From the IMG/VR virus record IMGVR_UViG_3300031841_004047: DNA of 64,000 nucleotides; one strand, given 5' to 3'. The position numbers and the translations under genes were made by a program. This DNA is from a virus. The notes beneath the pieces were generated by a model. The model did no database searches and had not been told where the DNA came from. It saw only the letters and a program-made list of their open reading frames with translations. This document shows, one piece after another, positions 60,893-64,000 of the stretch; the stretch's first letter is position 1; each line of letters begins with the position of its first letter.

Positions 60893-63358
60893 ATGCCAAG
60901 TAAGGATTTTAAGGTCAAAAACGGCCTAGAGGTAGGACAAGATATTGTCGTACGAGGTGAATTAAAATCAGTTAAAGCTGATGGCAGTGTAATTACCATT
61001 GTAGATACGAATGGTGTAGTAGCTGCAGCTGGAGCCGGATTTGATTCCGCTGGTGTACTTGATATAGTACAAGCAAATTCAATAGACTCTGCTAGAGGCA
61101 TTCCTCTAATAAGAACATCTATAAGTTTAGGTTCCGCGGGAACTCAAGCATATGACAATTCTACCGGGGTTTTAACGATACCGGGAACAACAGATCATAT
61201 TACTGAGGGAACTAATCTATATTACACAGATGCAAGAGCTGACGCGAGAGCTCAACTTAAGATTGATGCATTAGTAGACGCAGCACCCGGAACACTTGAT
61301 ACCTTAAACGAACTTGCCGCAGCTCTTGGAGATGATGCTAACTTTAGTACAACGGTAACTAATAGTATTGCCACTAAACTACCTACTGTTACGGAAGTAA
61401 CTGTTACTGTAGCAAGCGGTACTAATGAGTATGGAACCGGTAATAAATATTATTTCAACGGTGCAGTTAGCCCAGTTCTTCATTTACAGCCGGGTAGAAC
61501 TTATAGGTTTGATCAATCGGATTCGAGTAACTCTGGTCATCCTTTAAGATTTTCTACAAATGCAGACAACAGTCCAAGTGCAACTTATTCAACAGGCGTT
61601 ACAGTTGCTGGAACACCGGGTAGCTCAGGTGCTTACACAGAAATAGCTGTTACTTTCGCAACTCCAAGATTACATTATTACTGTACAAATCATAGTGGTA
61701 TGGGTGGTTCTGGTCCAGATTATTCTGTAAATTTTGACGGTGCTTTCAGTTCATTAACCGGAACACCGACTACGATTTCTGGATATGGTATCACTGATGC
61801 GTTTGACGGTGCTTTCAGTTCATTAACCGGAACACCGACTACGATTTCTGGATATGGTATCACTGATGCTCAGGCCACATTGGTTTCAGGCACAAATATT
61901 AAAACCATTAATGGAAACACTCTCTTAGGGTCTGGTGATTTAGTTATTAGTGGAGGAGGTGGATCCGGTGCTGTAGATTCTGCTCAGACTATTTCACTTG
62001 CAAGAGGTTCAATTTCGGTTATTACTGGATCTGCTTCAAGCGGTGGATCCCTTTCTTATGATAACTCAACAGGCGTTCTAACGTTTAATCCTGCAGACCT
62101 AAGTTCAGGTGGAGGCGGGGGATCTTCAGCTTCAACAACTTTTAGAGAATTCTTATTCGTAGCTGATTCTGGTCAAACAACGTTTAGTGGAAATGACGAA
62201 AGAGGCAATACGCTTTTAATCAATGACAGCGCTCTTATCGTAACACTAAATGGTATTATGCTTTCCACACCACAGGACTATACTTTTAGTGCTTCTACAA
62301 ACAATATTACTCTTACTGCCGGAGCAGATTCAGCAGATGAACTTCTTGTTAATATCCTACCTCAAGGAGGCAGTGGTCTAGATTCAGCAGGTGTTATTCA
62401 ACTCATTGACTCAGCGTACATTGCTGCTAGGACAACGGCTGGAACTGATTCTGCCGCTATATTAAACTTAATTGACTCAGCATACATTGCTGCTAGAAGT
62501 GGGATTACATATGCTGAACCCAATATTATAGATTACGTATTCGTAGCTGATTCTGGTCAAACATCGTTTAGTGGAAATGATGTTAATAATAATGCTCTTA
62601 CTATTGATGATAGCAACTTCTCGGTCTTTATCAATGGTATTAGACTTCTAAAAACTGACTATACGTTTAATTCATCTTCTAATATTATTACACTTGATTC
62701 ATCAGCAGCTTTAGATGATGAAGTGGTTATTAATACTATCGTCGGAGATCGTATTACTACTACTATTGATGCAGATTACATCGCTGCAAGAATACCAGCT
62801 CAATTAGCTTTTGATGGAATGAGACACTTTGAGTATACTACTGATTCTGGTCAAACAGTATTTAGTGGAGCTGATAGTTATGGAAATCAGTTGTTCTTTA
62901 GTCACAATAATGCTCAAGTATTTTTAAACGGTATAGCGCTATCACCTTCTGATTACACACTTAACGATACCGCAAACACAATAACTCTTGATCAAGCAGC
63001 CCCAACGAATTCAGAGCTACGAGTTTCAGTGATGAATATTGGAAATGCTTCTGTTGAAAGATTTAAAGCTTGGACAGAGGTTAATACTTCACCGACTACT
63101 TTGGTCGCAAAAGAAAGAAGAATAGTTGATACTAGTGGAGGTCCTATACAATTAAACTTACCAGCCCTGGCAAACATTGGTGATGAAGTCAGAATTATTG
63201 ATGGAACGGGTAACGCTTCAACCAACAATATAACTATAAATAGAAACGGACATAATATTGAGGGTGCGGCTGATAATATTATAGTAGATGTGGATAGAGC
63301 AGGATTTGGTCTAGTATACTATAATTCTACTCAAGGATGGATTATAACCGAGAGATAA
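60893..63358 (+). CDS. tail fibre protein with cupredoxin-like domain and three repeated beta modules
   Basis: APGTLDTLNELAAALGDD; GHP...YYCTNHSGM; DSGQT.FSG x3; C-terminal VDTS.G...LP....GD.V.I.D. Confidence 0.85.
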   Translation: MPSKDFKVKNGLEVGQDIVVRGELKSVKADGSVITIVDTNGVVAAAGAGFDSAGVLDIVQANSIDSARGIPLIRTSISLGSAGTQAYDNSTGVLTIPGTTDHITEGTNLYYTDARADARAQLKIDALVDAAPGTLDTLNELAAALGDDANFSTTVTNSIATKLPTVTEVTVTVASGTNEYGTGNKYYFNGAVSPVLHLQPGRTYRFDQSDSSNSGHPLRFSTNADNSPSATYSTGVTVAGTPGSSGAYTEIAVTFATPRLHYYCTNHSGMGGSGPDYSVNFDGAFSSLTGTPTTISGYGITDAFDGAFSSLTGTPTTISGYGITDAQATLVSGTNIKTINGNTLLGSGDLVISGGGGSGAVDSAQTISLARGSISVITGSASSGGSLSYDNSTGVLTFNPADLSSGGGGGSSASTTFREFLFVADSGQTTFSGNDERGNTLLINDSALIVTLNGIMLSTPQDYTFSASTNNITLTAGADSADELLVNILPQGGSGLDSAGVIQLIDSAYIAARTTAGTDSAAILNLIDSAYIAARSGITYAEPNIIDYVFVADSGQTSFSGNDVNNNALTIDDSNFSVFINGIRLLKTDYTFNSSSNIITLDSSAALDDEVVINTIVGDRITTTIDADYIAARIPAQLAFDGMRHFEYTTDSGQTVFSGADSYGNQLFFSHNNAQVFLNGIALSPSDYTLNDTANTITLDQAAPTNSELRVSVMNIGNASVERFKAWTEVNTSPTTLVAKERRIVDTSGGPIQLNLPALANIGDEVRIIDGTGNASTNNITINRNGHNIEGAADNIIVDVDRAGFGLVYYNSTQGWIITER
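61733..61869 (+). repeat. exact 68-bp tandem duplication (period 69)
   Basis: FDGAFSSLTGTPTTISGYGITDA twice, identical DNA. Confidence 0.95.
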
Positions 63359-63415
63359 ATAAAATAACTTTGAACTGTTTGTCATGAAAGTCATAAAAAA
63401 TGGAGAGGAACTATT

Positions 63416-63766
63416 ATGGCAGCAGCAAAAACACTCACGGCCGATTCTAAGTACGCAGCACTTGATGTGGACGGAGACGGCATTATAACGGATGAAGAAA
63501 TGGCGAGAGCAAAAGAAATTGCGGAATTTGAACATACTATTGAAATGAGAAGAAACGAAGACGCAAAGGAAGACCAGATTCGTAAGATGGCTTGGTTTGC
63601 GCTTTGGGGAATGCTTCTTTATCCAGTAGGTATTATTGTAACAGGATACTTTGCACTAGAGACAGCAGCTGGACTACTGAGTGATATTGCTCCTACATAC
63701 TTTGTAGCAATTTCTGCGTTGGTAGCAGCATTCTTTGGTGCACAGGCTTATACAAAAGGAAAGTAA
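63416..63766 (+). CDS. EF-hand plus two-TM membrane protein (holin-like candidate)
   Basis: Canonical loop DVDGDGIITDEE, two hydrophobic helices, basic C-terminus; GATAAATA at 63354. Confidence 0.7.
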   Translation: MAAAKTLTADSKYAALDVDGDGIITDEEMARAKEIAEFEHTIEMRRNEDAKEDQIRKMAWFALWGMLLYPVGIIVTGYFALETAAGLLSDIAPTYFVAISALVAAFFGAQAYTKGK

Positions 63767-63769
63767 GAA

Positions 63770-64000
63770 ATGGGTAAGGCAAGACTTTTCAGTCAGTTGA
63801 TTGCAGGAGACGGCACAATCAAAGCTACTAAATTAGGAGCTGATGTTCCAATTACAGAAAATGTGGCGACTGCTGATAACTTGCCTCCATCCGCATCTAT
63901 AGGTGAACAAGCATTTGTTGAAGATACAAACCGACTTTATATATGGAACGGGTCAGGCTGGTATAATATCGCCTTAATTAATACTAGTCCTACATGGGAT
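63770..64000 (+). CDS. virion structural protein, 3'-truncated by window edge
   Basis: Hand-translated MGKARLFSQL...GEQAFVEDTNRLYIWNGSGWYNIALIN.SP. Confidence 0.75.
   Translation, partial: MGKARLFSQLIAGDGTIKATKLGADVPITENVATADNLPPSASIGEQAFVEDTNRLYIWNGSGWYNIALINTSPTWD

Noticed and set aside
6733-61869. Tandem repeats as a CRISPR array
   Set aside because: All are in-frame coding repeats (periods 12, 54, 69, 231 bp) without unique spacers or cas genes
49463-63358. DS enrichment as a by-product of GANTC (CcrM) site enrichment
   Set aside because: Many DS use AGY serine codons (no GANTC), and the reverse-complement class ES (GAATC/GAGTC) is not enriched
35973-63358. Diversity-generating retroelement acting on fibres
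   Set aside because: No reverse transcriptase and no template/variable repeat pair differing only at adenines in this window
18078-63535. Numerous 60-150 aa minus-strand or nested ORFs within structural genes
   Set aside because: Fully overlapped by long, motif-supported plus-strand genes; expected by chance

Overview
64 kb segment of a large, AT-rich T4-like myophage genome, most likely marine/aquatic. It has no rRNA, CRISPR array, integrase, intron or homing endonuclease. Left end: a tRNA cluster (CAU, Arg-UCU, Asn-GUU, Ser-UGA, His-GUG, Pro-UGG, plus Trp-CCA at 6.1 kb) with three unexplained structured non-coding segments. Next come a late-promoted lipase plus lipoprotein cell-wall hydrolase pair, an early glycine-zipper gene, GMP reductase (guaC), and about 25 small early ORFs driven by four T4-like GTTTAC..TAGAAT promoters. 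These are followed by gp33, gp32, an inverted tail block (gp4, gp2, gp54-like, gp26, gp51-like, tape measure) and the baseplate block (gp48, gp53, hub, a gp5 split into three hydrolase-bearing genes, gp25, gp6, gp7, gp8). The last 33 kb are fibre/adhesin genes, including a 3803-aa giant, marked by TATAAATA late promoters. The tRNA-His identity elements point to an alphaproteobacterial host. Strongest novel signals: (1) a protein-level Asp-Ser (DS) motif strongly enriched in peripheral virion proteins, a candidate virion modification sequon; (2) a probable -1 frameshift joining gp26 to gp51; (3) a 190-nt RNA closed by a 20-bp stem that hides the next gene's RBS. All family names come from motif recognition by eye; no database search was run.
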